Numbered from the stretch's first letter, positions 29,574 to 38,994 are shown. The stretch: 64,000 bases of DNA from Puniceicoccales bacterium (GCA_031255005.1 JAIRTH010000016.1:5859-69858); one strand, 5' to 3'. Notes: generated by a model not told the origin, from the letters alone. Translations and numbers: made by a program.

Positions 29574-31037
29574 TTATCGGCTGAAGAATGTCAACTCTAG
29601 AGCCATCATATCATTAGATTTTATCCTAGGACCATTCCCAATTGGCAGGCCAGGTACCCATAAAATTTCACCACTTGCATCGACCACCACCGGCAGTATT
29701 TTTCGCATACTTACTGGGATTTTTCGCTCACAGAAACATTTTTTTAGCTTTTTACAACCATCTAAACCGAACGGCACATAGGCATCTCCCGGTAACCAAC
29801 TTCTCACCATCAACTCTGCATCGGATCTCAATGCCAATCTTACTAACGAACTATCATCCGTAAATAGCTCACTAATAGAATCTAACCGAACTCCTCTTCG
29901 CCTCAAAACCCCCGAAGGTAAATAAAGATCGCCATAAACCCAATGGCAAAATTTAAATCCATCATATGTTTCTGCCTCATTGACTTGTGTAATAATTATG
30001 CGATCGCGCTTCACCACCATCGTCTTGGCCGTAGTACAGCTCAGAATTTTTTCATCCTCATTTATGATATAGCCCATAATGGCATCTAAGTGCTTACGCC
30101 TAGCCATATTAACAAGATTATTGTTCTCTAACCAGGTAATCAAAATGCGCCTAATGATGGCTCTGGGCATTGACCTTAGCTCTGTCAGATCAAGTTCTTC
30201 AGCCTCAACAGAAACCGGAACCATCGATGCGATCTGGTCCAATGCCTCCGAATCTTCGGCCATCAATTGTCTGGCCATGGCAAAGCCATTTCGCCAATCT
30301 CTAACCCGAAAAAGCCTATCAAAATCCTTTCGAATACAACATCTTAGGCGATTGCGCAAATACAAATCGCAATGGTTGCTGGGATCCTCTCTCCATGGAA
30401 TTTCAGCAGTTTTCAGCGATTGCTCGATGAAACTTCTTTTTATATTAATCATCGGTCTAACGCGCATATGATCCGCAAACCTTTGCAGCGCAAATGGTGA
30501 TGCCAAAGCTTTTAGGCCATAGCCTTTCGCTAATCTCATAAGCATCGACTCGATCATGTCGTCCAGATGATGGCCAAGAATTAGGCAATTACAACCAATT
30601 GAACGCATTAGGTTCAAAAAGAAGCCATATCGATCCCGCCGCAAAGCTTCTTCGGAATTGACATTGGATTTTTTTCTTTTTTCAGAAAAAACCCTTAGGC
30701 CAAGCGAAAAGGCAATATTTGTGACAAATAGTTCATCGGCATCGGTTTCTTCGGCGCGGGTATTGTGATTATAATGCAAAACGATCACCTCATTACTTTG
30801 GCCAAAGTAGCCATAGATCAGCAGCAACAAACAAACCGAATCCATTCCACCGGAACAACCTACGCCCAAGGAATGGCTAGATTTCAAGAAATTAATCGCA
30901 GACCATTCCAATCTATTCCTAGGGATCAAATGGCACAATTTCTGTGCATAGCGACTCCAATCATGATTGCTAACTTCTTCCATAGCAACATACTTATTCA
31001 CAGATATTTTTTTCGATATTTTTTGTAACAAAATCAA
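29574..31037 (-). CDS. tilS: tRNA(Ile)-lysidine synthase TilS
   Basis: PP-loop GVGCSGGMDS plus HHLDD and REDPSN motifs. The longest ORF overlaps the LOG gene by 44 nt. The internal ATG at 30983 (MEEVSNHDW) would remove the overlap. Confidence 0.88.
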   Translation of the reverse strand: MILLQKISKKISVNKYVAMEEVSNHDWSRYAQKLCHLIPRNRLEWSAINFLKSSHSLGVGCSGGMDSVCLLLLIYGYFGQSNEVIVLHYNHNTRAEETDADELFVTNIAFSLGLRVFSEKRKKSNVNSEEALRRDRYGFFLNLMRSIGCNCLILGHHLDDMIESMLMRLAKGYGLKALASPFALQRFADHMRVRPMINIKRSFIEQSLKTAEIPWREDPSNHCDLYLRNRLRCCIRKDFDRLFRVRDWRNGFAMARQLMAEDSEALDQIASMVPVSVEAEELDLTELRSMPRAIIRRILITWLENNNLVNMARRKHLDAIMGYIINEDEKILSCTTAKTMVVKRDRIIITQVNEAETYDGFKFCHWVYGDLYLPSGVLRRRGVRLDSISELFTDDSSLVRLALRSDAELMVRSWLPGDAYVPFGLDGCKKLKKCFCERKIPVSMRKILPVVVDASGEILWVPGLPIGNGPRIKSNDMMALELTFFSR

Positions 31038-31767
31038 AAGAATCCGCCACTGTGTCGGAAAAATGCAAACTGTTCATCGCTTCTGGTTCAACCAAGCCGG
31101 AATCGCAGAGCAAATCAAAATTTATGAGGTTTTTCCAAAATTGCGATCCAAAAAGCACCAAGGGCAATTTGGTTCTTTGACGACCGGTCTGAATGAGCAC
31201 CAAAGCCTCAAAGGTCTCGTCCAATGTGCCAAACCCTCCGGGGAAAATAATTATCGCTTTGGCCAGATACATGAACCAGAACTTCCTCGGCATGAAGTAC
31301 TCAAATTCCATGCTCAGTCCATCACTAACATAGGGATTGATCTTTTGTTCCGACGGAATTTTTATGTTTAACCCAATGGTTTCGCAACCGGCCAGAGCTG
31401 CCCCGGTGTTAGCCGCAGCCATAATTCCACCTCCTCCACCAGAACAAATTACGCAACGATTTGCCTTATCAAAGGACGAATCACACCATTTTGCCAGCTT
31501 AAATGACAATTCTTCTGCATATTTATAATACTTGGACATATCGGCCACTTTCTGCATAGCATCGCCATTGATCGCCTTATCAGTCAACATCTTAGCGGCT
31601 TCTTCCGGACTAGGAATCCTTGCTGAACCCCAGAACACTATGGCACCACTAATGCCTTTGTTCTTAATATGCTCAATTGGCCTAACCATATCCCTGCCAA
31701 CAGCTTCAACTCTATCACGCATAAACTTCACCATGACCAAAAAATTTTTAGATAAACCATACAACAC
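30994..31767 (-). CDS. LOG-family (TIGR00730) nucleotide phosphoribohydrolase
   Basis: CSGGGGGIMAAAN and PGGFGTLDETFE signature motifs. Confidence 0.85.
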   Translation of the reverse strand: MLYGLSKNFLVMVKFMRDRVEAVGRDMVRPIEHIKNKGISGAIVFWGSARIPSPEEAAKMLTDKAINGDAMQKVADMSKYYKYAEELSFKLAKWCDSSFDKANRCVICSGGGGGIMAAANTGAALAGCETIGLNIKIPSEQKINPYVSDGLSMEFEYFMPRKFWFMYLAKAIIIFPGGFGTLDETFEALVLIQTGRQRTKLPLVLFGSQFWKNLINFDLLCDSGLVEPEAMNSLHFSDTVADSFDFVTKNIEKNICE

Positions 31768-31870
31768 ATGGCTAACATATTAGATTAAAGGCCTTTCAAG
31801 GCAAACATTTATATTTTATGCATCTATTTTACTTGAAATATAAGGCGCTATCCTAAGCATTCTTCCCTCA

Positions 31871-31945
31871 GTCCCCGTAGTTAAATGGATAGAACCGCGG
31901 TTTCCTAAACCGTTAATCCCAGTTCGAGTCTGGGCGGGGGCGCCA
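31871..31945 (+). tRNA. tRNA-Arg (CCU)
   Basis: GTCCCCG acceptor pairing with CGGGGGC (one G:U), then G-CCA. Anticodon arm GCGGT-TTCCTAA-ACCGT, T arm CCCAG-TTCGAGT-CTGGG. Confidence 0.9.
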
Positions 31946-32319
31946 TATTAATGGAGTGCCATGTCATCAGAGATATTACGCTAGTGGTTGGATTGCACTA
32001 ATTTATGACTCATATCCGTGGATATGCATTGTTGGGTTGTGTGTCATATTAATGGTCTGCGCTGTGAACTGATGCTTTACTATCGTATATTATTAGTGGA
32101 GTGTCATACCTCAGTGACGTTATGTTAATGACTGGATTGCACTAATTTATGACTCATGTCCGTGGATATGCACCGTTGGGTTGTGTGTCATATTAATGGT
32201 CTGCGCTGTGAACTAATGCTTTACTATCATATATTATTAGTGGAGTGTCATACCTCAGTGGCGTTACGTTAATGACTGGATTGCACCAACTTGCGAGTCA
32301 TATCCGTGGATATGCATTG
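31946..32319 (+). repeat. 144-bp tandem repeat, about 2.6 copies, starting at the 3' end of tRNA-Arg
   Basis: Full copies at 31990-32133 and 32134-32277 are identical at 137/144 positions, counted by hand; all 7 differences are transitions. A diverged partial copy lies on each side. Each unit carries the palindrome CATATCC-GT-GGATATG (32011, 32155 with one mismatch, 32299). Confidence 0.9.
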
Positions 32320-32509
32320 CCGATAAAAACACCATGGCTATGCAAAACCATATTAACAGAAAATATCATACTAAATTTAGCATTCATGGGCATGAATATT
32401 CCATCCCTGAAATACAACAAATTGACGATCCGTAAGTTGTTGATTATCAACATGATATAAATAATTTATCATAATTTTTTCACATAATTGTAAAAATTTT
32501 ATTGCATCC

Positions 32510-33748
32510 ATGGCTAGCAAAAGCCACTTTATATCTCAGGAACTTGGTATTATGTCTGATTCTTTGATAGGAAATTTACTTATTATCCAACACGGATGCA
32601 ATTCAGTTGTAAGCAATGCTATTTTATCTGGCATCGTAACTGAAGCGCTTAATAGTGAGTGCATTCAAGAAATTCTTGGAAGCATAAATGGTATCCAAGG
32701 TTTAACTTTGGGAAATTTTATAGATCTGGCATCCGAACAACAGCAAACCATGCTCGACCTGCAACATTCTGCCGGAGCGATACTTGGCACTCACATCCAT
32801 GGAGCGATATCTACCAATGACCTGGAAAATATGCTGAATCAGATAGAAAAGAATAATATTCGGTTCATTTTCAATATCGGCGCCCAGGAAGCTCAGACTT
32901 TTTCTGAACAAATTGCCCTGCTTGCCACAGAAAATAACTACGAACTAAGGGTAATTGGCCTGCCAGAAACCATAGAAAATAACCTGCCCATCACCGACCA
33001 TTGTCTTGGCTATGGCAGCGCAATAAAATTACTGGCTACAGCACTGCAAGAGTCATCTAATGTACTGCAATCAAGTGGGTTACGCAACGCTGTAGAGATC
33101 TTTGAAATCGGAGGTCATGACCCATCCTGGCTGGTGGCTGGAAGTGTATTGGCACGCAAAGTATCTCAACGAAATGCTCCCCATCTGATATATTTACCCA
33201 CCACCACACTCAACAATGATGTTCTGTTGGATCAGGTTAGCGATCTACTGAAATCGAGTAATTTTTGCACCATCGTAACGGCAAGCCGTCTAACCGATGA
33301 TAATGGCAATCCCATCGCCACCAATGCCGCCAGCGCTGCCGATGCCATAAAAAACGCTATAATTGAAGAACTTGACGTACATGCAACCATCGTAAAACTC
33401 GAAACACTTCTAAGAGGATTTTCCGTCCTCACATCCGCCATAGACCTAAAAGAGGCCATAGAAGCCGGTAGCAAAGCTGTAGAATTTTCCCTAAATGGAG
33501 CCAACAAAAAAATGCTTACTCTGCTCAGAGCAGATGCGAGCAAATATTCCGTAGAATATGGCCTGGCCGATCTAAGCAACATTGTCGGACGAGATAAACC
33601 AATACCGCCCAACTGGTTATCTGAAAATCACGAACCTACAACTAGCTTCATAAAATACGCCTCTCAATTAATCCAAGGAGAAAGCGCACAACCATTTGTC
33701 AGTGGTCTACCTAAATCCATATCTCTAAAAAAAATAGAATTCCCATAA
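32510..33748 (+). CDS. phosphofructokinase-family protein with degenerate catalytic motifs
   Basis: Collinear with PFK: LLIIQHGCNSVVSNAILSGIV (vs GGDAPGxN), NIGAQEA (vs GGDGS), GLPETIENNL (vs PGTIDNDI / PKTIDGD), EIFEIGGH (vs VEVMGR). The start may be the ATG at 32552 (MSDSLIG). Confidence 0.6.
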   Translation: MASKSHFISQELGIMSDSLIGNLLIIQHGCNSVVSNAILSGIVTEALNSECIQEILGSINGIQGLTLGNFIDLASEQQQTMLDLQHSAGAILGTHIHGAISTNDLENMLNQIEKNNIRFIFNIGAQEAQTFSEQIALLATENNYELRVIGLPETIENNLPITDHCLGYGSAIKLLATALQESSNVLQSSGLRNAVEIFEIGGHDPSWLVAGSVLARKVSQRNAPHLIYLPTTTLNNDVLLDQVSDLLKSSNFCTIVTASRLTDDNGNPIATNAASAADAIKNAIIEELDVHATIVKLETLLRGFSVLTSAIDLKEAIEAGSKAVEFSLNGANKKMLTLLRADASKYSVEYGLADLSNIVGRDKPIPPNWLSENHEPTTSFIKYASQLIQGESAQPFVSGLPKSISLKKIEFP

Positions 33749-33757
33749 ACCATCAAA

Positions 33758-34147
33758 TCACTTCAACTTACATAAAATCGCCATCTTTGTCATTCCGCCA
33801 ACGGTTCTGTCAACCTGTTTTCCATCCTTAAAAAATACCAACGTCGGTATCCTCGTCACATTAAACTTTTCAGCCAACTTAGCCTCTTCTTCGATATTCA
33901 CTTTACAAACAACAATATCATCATTTTCTTCGGCAATTGAATCCAAAATCGGCCCCAGGGCTCGACAAGGGCCACACCACGGCGCCCAAAAATCTATCAC
34001 CATTGGTTTGGCCGACAAATCAACCATAGCCTCAAAATTTTCATTCGTTAAATTAATAATTCTTTCGGACTTCACTGCCACAGGATCAAATAAAAAAATA
34101 CCGCTAGTCAACACGCATATATAAAAAAACAAAAAAGATCCAGCCAA
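33758..34147 (-). CDS. membrane-anchored/exported thioredoxin
   Basis: WAPWCGPC active site and a thioredoxin-fold length, preceded by an N-terminal hydrophobic segment FLFFYICVLTSGIFLF. Confidence 0.88.
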   Translation of the reverse strand: MAGSFLFFYICVLTSGIFLFDPVAVKSERIINLTNENFEAMVDLSAKPMVIDFWAPWCGPCRALGPILDSIAEENDDIVVCKVNIEEEAKLAEKFNVTRIPTLVFFKDGKQVDRTVGGMTKMAILCKLK

Positions 34148-34159
34148 TTGTCACAAAAA

Positions 34160-35911
34160 TCAAATCTTAATCACCTGAGGACTCAGCCTGATGGACAATT
34201 TGTACGGCCTACCTGCCTGCATAATCATAAAATTATCCCTAGCCAACGTCTGTAAATAGTGAATTTTCCCAGAAAAAGTACGATATAACGGATCATCGGA
34301 AACCACCGCCACATCTTTCCAGTTAACCAGAAAATCATCATCCTTGATTTCAATTTTCAGGCCCTCTTCACCAAGCGCTAAGTTATTTATGCCCAAGGCC
34401 GTATGAGGCGATGATATGGCAACCACATAGCGTAATCCGTCGATTCTAAGTTTGGTCTTAGGAGTGAAAATAAACTCAGATAAAACCCTATTCTCCCAAA
34501 ATGTCCACTGGACCCTAAAGGAAGCAAGTCCTGGAACTATCTCTTCATCAACGGTTATAAGATCTGGCTGTTCATAGGAAAATGTCATCGAACCACCACT
34601 ACCCATGCCAGAAACACATTTTTTTCCGTAAAACGATGGCAAAAATCTCTTCCTATCAATGGTAATTTCCGGCTGCAAAATCGGAAGATACACATCCACA
34701 GGCCAATCAAACACACCGGGACAATGGGGAAAAGCCAAAGCGTCGCTGGACTTTGAGCCGCCACCAGAAATTAGCGGCAACTGAAAATTAACACCGGTCT
34801 TCTGATTTCTATAGATAAATAACCCCTGTTCTTTTTTCAATGTCTTATCAAAACTCACATAGCGGCAAATATTTTTTAACTCCCCGGTATCGGACTGCTC
34901 AAAGGTCAAATTGGTCTTCTTCGCCAGCCCCGCCCATTGACATAAATATCTAACCGCGTCAAAGTTAGCGTTCCTTGTCGTCTGCCAAGCCGGTGAATTA
35001 CGCTCCCCATCCCGAACAACCACAAAACCATTTTCCTGATCTATATAGTGCAGAAAAAAATTATAAAAAAGGCTTCGTAGCATCAGCACAGAACTGCTCT
35101 GCTTCTCCTGGGGAATCCAGCCATCGCGCAGCGCCTGCATAACCATATTCACACAATACATCTGAGTATAGGCACCCACCGCTGAACCAAAACTCCAACA
35201 TACTCCGTCACAGCGTATCAGATCTGGCAACAGCTTCAAATACTTGTCCGCATAGGACCTCAAACTTGGCAGCTTCTTGCCCAACACTGAAAAATCCGTA
35301 TGCATATGCAACACCTGTCTTATAAAGGAAAAGACAAATAGGCCATTCACATCAAAGCAACCACCAAGCCCTTGCCCATTAGCATTGTCAAAAAACTTAC
35401 CCGTTGTCGAAGACAAATTTTCCAAAAATCTATCCACCAGCTTCCCGGTATCATCTCTTTTGGTCATCCCCAAGCTATACTTAGCCACTGCCACAGCCAA
35501 ACTAAATGCCGTGGAATTGCCGCCATTATCCCTCCTAGTTAACAAGGCCTTACATATCACATTCTGAACTTCTTCTGGCAGCTTCTCCCAGACAGGATTA
35601 CGGCTCCGCACAGACCCAAAGGATAGCAGAGCAATGCCAAGATAGCCAAGGGACCTGGTGGACATCTCTCCGGCCATAACCACAAAAGAAATACATTTCG
35701 CAGCCAATTCAATCAAATGGAACCCATTAAAAACTTTTTCCTGGGTCAATCTATAATACTCACCCAGAGCTAAAGCTGCTATAACTTGCTCATCTACAAC
35801 ATTCGACTCATCTCCATAGGGTAAAATCTTTCCATCTTCGGAGATAGCTCCAAGATTGTGATTTAAAATGGAACGCGCCAAATCCAAACATTGCTCGGAA
35901 AAATTCTGCAT
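34160..35911 (-). CDS. hypothetical protein (583 aa), function unknown
   Basis: Long clean ORF without a signal peptide. The composition suggests a helical N-terminal half and a beta-rich C-terminal half, which is a guess. No motif I can name. Confidence 0.6.
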   Translation of the reverse strand: MQNFSEQCLDLARSILNHNLGAISEDGKILPYGDESNVVDEQVIAALALGEYYRLTQEKVFNGFHLIELAAKCISFVVMAGEMSTRSLGYLGIALLSFGSVRSRNPVWEKLPEEVQNVICKALLTRRDNGGNSTAFSLAVAVAKYSLGMTKRDDTGKLVDRFLENLSSTTGKFFDNANGQGLGGCFDVNGLFVFSFIRQVLHMHTDFSVLGKKLPSLRSYADKYLKLLPDLIRCDGVCWSFGSAVGAYTQMYCVNMVMQALRDGWIPQEKQSSSVLMLRSLFYNFFLHYIDQENGFVVVRDGERNSPAWQTTRNANFDAVRYLCQWAGLAKKTNLTFEQSDTGELKNICRYVSFDKTLKKEQGLFIYRNQKTGVNFQLPLISGGGSKSSDALAFPHCPGVFDWPVDVYLPILQPEITIDRKRFLPSFYGKKCVSGMGSGGSMTFSYEQPDLITVDEEIVPGLASFRVQWTFWENRVLSEFIFTPKTKLRIDGLRYVVAISSPHTALGINNLALGEEGLKIEIKDDDFLVNWKDVAVVSDDPLYRTFSGKIHYLQTLARDNFMIMQAGRPYKLSIRLSPQVIKI

Positions 35912-35939
35912 TATTTTATCTTATATGAATTTTACTTCA

Positions 35940-37118
35940 TCATCGATCTAGTGCGCTTTTCAACAAAATCAAGAATTCTTTGTTATTTTTTGTTTTTTTC
36001 ATTCTATTTATAAGTGCATCGATGGCCTCATCGGATTTTAATCCGCTAAGAGCTTTCCTGAGCGACGAAATTTTTCCCAAAACCTCGCCGGGCAGCAACA
36101 GCTCCTCCTTTCTGGTACCAGACGAATTTATATCTATGGCCGGATATAATCGCATATCGGCAATTTTCCTATCCAATACCACTTCCATATTCCCAGTACC
36201 TTTAAATTCTTGGAAGATAAGATCATCCATTTTGCTACCAGTTCCGACCAGTGCCGTAGCAATCAACGTCAAACTTCCTCCATTTTCCACATTACGTGCC
36301 GCTGAAAATAACTGCCTGGGCCTTTCCAAAGCTCGCACATCCACTCCACCAGACATGGTTCTGCCGCTGGACTGTATGGCATTATAAGCCCTTGCCAGCC
36401 TTGTAATTGAATCCAATAAAATCACCACATCTTTGCCAACCTCTACCAACCTTTTTGCTCTTTCAATGGCCAGCTCAGCCACCATAATCTGCCTGTACCT
36501 ATCCTCATCATTCGACGAAGCATAGAGCTCAGCCTGGACACTGCGTTGAAAATCCGTAACCTCCTCTGGCCGTTCATCTACCAATGCAATAATCAGATGA
36601 CAATCTCTGTGATTTTCTTTAATGCCTCGGGCTATGTTTTGTAATAAAGTTGTCTTACCAGTTCGAGGCGGCGCCACCACTAATCCACGCTGCCCTTTGC
36701 CAATGGGACAAAAAAAATCAATCATTCGATTGCTTAATTCACCATCTTCCACCTCAAGATTCAGCCATTCATTTGGAGCAATGATGGTCAAATCTTCAAA
36801 GCGCCGCATTGCACTACGTTTACCACTGGGCAAGCCATCTATACTGACCACCTGCACAACTTTCGGATTGGGAAAATCCACACGCGGCAAAACAAATGCT
36901 TCCAATTCCATACCCTTCTTAAGCCTAAACCTCGTGATGGAATCCTTCCCTATATAGGGATACTCCAAACGCTGTTTGCCGTTGGCATTCAATGGAATAA
37001 GCTGACCATATCGTCCACCGGGCTCCATATCTACAATCCCTGAAAATTGCCTCAAATTATCCACAGGGCAATCCTTCACTAAAATTTCTTCCATATATTC
37101 ATGCCGCATCAATGTCAC
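35940..37118 (-). CDS. rho: transcription termination factor Rho (short N-terminus)
   Basis: PIGKGQRGLVVAPPRTGKTTLLQNIA, LVDERPEEVTDF, and Q/R-loop regions. The N-terminal segment before the OB/CSD-like domain is about 25 aa shorter than in E. coli Rho. Confidence 0.93.
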   Translation of the reverse strand: MTLMRHEYMEEILVKDCPVDNLRQFSGIVDMEPGGRYGQLIPLNANGKQRLEYPYIGKDSITRFRLKKGMELEAFVLPRVDFPNPKVVQVVSIDGLPSGKRSAMRRFEDLTIIAPNEWLNLEVEDGELSNRMIDFFCPIGKGQRGLVVAPPRTGKTTLLQNIARGIKENHRDCHLIIALVDERPEEVTDFQRSVQAELYASSNDEDRYRQIMVAELAIERAKRLVEVGKDVVILLDSITRLARAYNAIQSSGRTMSGGVDVRALERPRQLFSAARNVENGGSLTLIATALVGTGSKMDDLIFQEFKGTGNMEVVLDRKIADMRLYPAIDINSSGTRKEELLLPGEVLGKISSLRKALSGLKSDEAIDALINRMKKTKNNKEFLILLKSALDR

Positions 37119-37273
37119 GCGAAATAAATTAAAATTACCATATCAACATCTAGGCCATAGATTAAAAACAAACACATGCCGCCCCTTATAAGCACTAAAT
37201 ATAATACTTAATTACTATCTAAAATTGTAATATTTGATTGTCAACCACAACTTTTAAAGAAAATAATAACATT

Positions 37274-37864
37274 TCATCTCAATGCTAACCTAATCAATTG
37301 CTCCGTTGACAGCTCGGCATTTTTGGCCACCAGAGAGCTGACCATTTTTTCTGCCTCATTACGTCGAATTCCCAGCGATACTAATGCCAAAATTGCATCC
37401 ATCTCGCCGCTTGTACGATTAGATTCTATCATAAACCCACCAGCTTTGTCAACGGATTCCTGCATCAACCTTTCACTAAGTTCAATAACCATTCTTTCGG
37501 CTGTCTTTTTTCCAATGCCAATTATGCTGGAAAGTCTAGGTATATCTTTGGCTCTAATGGCCAATTTTAGATCCTGTGCCCGGAATTTACTCAACATGGC
37601 CAAAGCGATCTTTGGGCCAACACCAGATACCCTCTCCACTAAAACTTTGAAAAAATCTCTTTCACTTTTATCTAAAAATCCGTACAATGCCTGGCTATCT
37701 TCTCTGTACACAGCATAGATGAACAATTTCACCAATGAACCAATGGCCGGAAGATTTTCCGTAACAGACAGCGGCACATTGACTTCGTAGCCCATGCCGC
37801 CGCAATTTACCACACAGGCCACCGGCCCTACCTCCTCGAGTTTACCTTCTACAGAAACTATCAC
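37274..37864 (-). CDS. ruvA: Holliday junction DNA helicase subunit RuvA
   Basis: MIVSVEGKLEEVGP..GMGYEV N-terminus, HhH motifs (VSGVGPKIALAMLS, IIGIGKKTAERM), and a C-terminal domain III. Confidence 0.93.
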   Translation of the reverse strand: MIVSVEGKLEEVGPVACVVNCGGMGYEVNVPLSVTENLPAIGSLVKLFIYAVYREDSQALYGFLDKSERDFFKVLVERVSGVGPKIALAMLSKFRAQDLKLAIRAKDIPRLSSIIGIGKKTAERMVIELSERLMQESVDKAGGFMIESNRTSGEMDAILALVSLGIRRNEAEKMVSSLVAKNAELSTEQLIRLALR

Positions 37865-37911
37865 ACTCTATTATTTTGAAATATGATTGCGCCAGTCAAG
37901 TCTTCGCATCT

Positions 37912-38994
37912 TCATGGCTTTGGATAGTCTGTCGTCATGCGGATAGGATATTCATTGACAAATTCATCTGTTAATCTTTTAGCTTGATCCGAAGCAAAGC
38001 AGCTCACCACCAATTCATGAGAAAACGACTTTACCATTGTCTCATCAGAATTACCACTGGCTGGCAAAATGATCTCAGCACTGGCTGAATATATGGGCAT
38101 CCCAGCTTTCAGCATAGCTTCTGATGATCTGCCAATTTTGCTAGAACCAGCTACGAAACTGCAATTAAGCTTAATACTATAATTGCCATCGTTATTTTTA
38201 GAGATTTCAAAGCCATGATTTAATTGATAAAAACCCTGATCCATAATACTTATAATCAAAGGAAAAACTTCTTTACAAATTGTTGCAAATGTTCCCTGTT
38301 GCATAATTTTACTGGCTGCCAAACATAGCTCATCATTAAAATTTCCATTCTCATCGGTGAATAATTTGGTCATTTGGTCTCTCCAATTGCTCGCATTGGT
38401 AGGCTCTCCACCGATACTTTTCATAATATTTCGGTTGGCGTCCGGGATAAATGCTCCACAAAACACAGACTCGGTTTCTTTTAATGATGAAATATCCTCA
38501 ATATCATTTCTAATTTCACTTTGCAACGAATTCGACAGTTTTACGCGATTATCTTCGCCGTTTGTCTGTGAATTTTTATTTATTTTGGCGATTTCATCTT
38601 TTCGATTGGCTATCTTTTTTTCCTTTTCTTTCTCAGTGTCAATGGCCTTCATTATGAATGAAACATCTTCACAGGTTAATGTCTTAGGAAATTTCGACTT
38701 ATCAGTTGACGAAGCGCTGAGTTCCAAAAGATTTTTATTAGCCATACGAGCATACTCAGGACCATAATTCGAATCGCTGGCAATGGCCTGAATAAAGCTG
38801 CCCAATGCCGCACTATTTTCATTATATTTTCTTCGGCTTGGTTTTATTTTAGAATGAAAAAATGAAGCTATTTTACCAAAAATTCCATTGCCGTGGGTTC
38901 TAATTTTCCCATCTTTCGAAGACAAGGATATGGTTCCATAGCCTTTGGATGCAGCATCCGTAAATTGACTCAGATTAACCATAATGAAACTCAT
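37912..38994 (-). CDS. hypothetical protein (360 aa), orphan, no signal peptide
   Basis: Clean ORF between ruvA and ffh. Ser/Gly/Lys-rich N-terminus (MSFIMVNLSQFTDAASKGYGTISLSSKDGKIRTHGNG). No recognised motif. Confidence 0.55.
   Translation of the reverse strand: MSFIMVNLSQFTDAASKGYGTISLSSKDGKIRTHGNGIFGKIASFFHSKIKPSRRKYNENSAALGSFIQAIASDSNYGPEYARMANKNLLELSASSTDKSKFPKTLTCEDVSFIMKAIDTEKEKEKKIANRKDEIAKINKNSQTNGEDNRVKLSNSLQSEIRNDIEDISSLKETESVFCGAFIPDANRNIMKSIGGEPTNASNWRDQMTKLFTDENGNFNDELCLAASKIMQQGTFATICKEVFPLIISIMDQGFYQLNHGFEISKNNDGNYSIKLNCSFVAGSSKIGRSSEAMLKAGMPIYSASAEIILPASGNSDETMVKSFSHELVVSCFASDQAKRLTDEFVNEYPIRMTTDYPKP

Noticed and set aside
31946-32319. Possibility that the 144-bp repeats are a CRISPR array, an oriC, or tRNA-derived pseudogenes
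   Set aside because: The units are contiguous with no unique spacers and are far longer than CRISPR repeats. Only one DnaA-box-like 7/8 match occurs per 144 bp, with no dnaA/dnaN or AT-rich unwinding element nearby. A GACTCATA segment resembles a CAU anticodon arm, but I could not fold any unit into a cloverleaf.
32245-32460. 71-aa ORF inside and after the 144-bp tandem repeat
   Set aside because: It starts inside a repeat copy, has no SD sequence and no motif, and equivalent frames in the other copies are closed.
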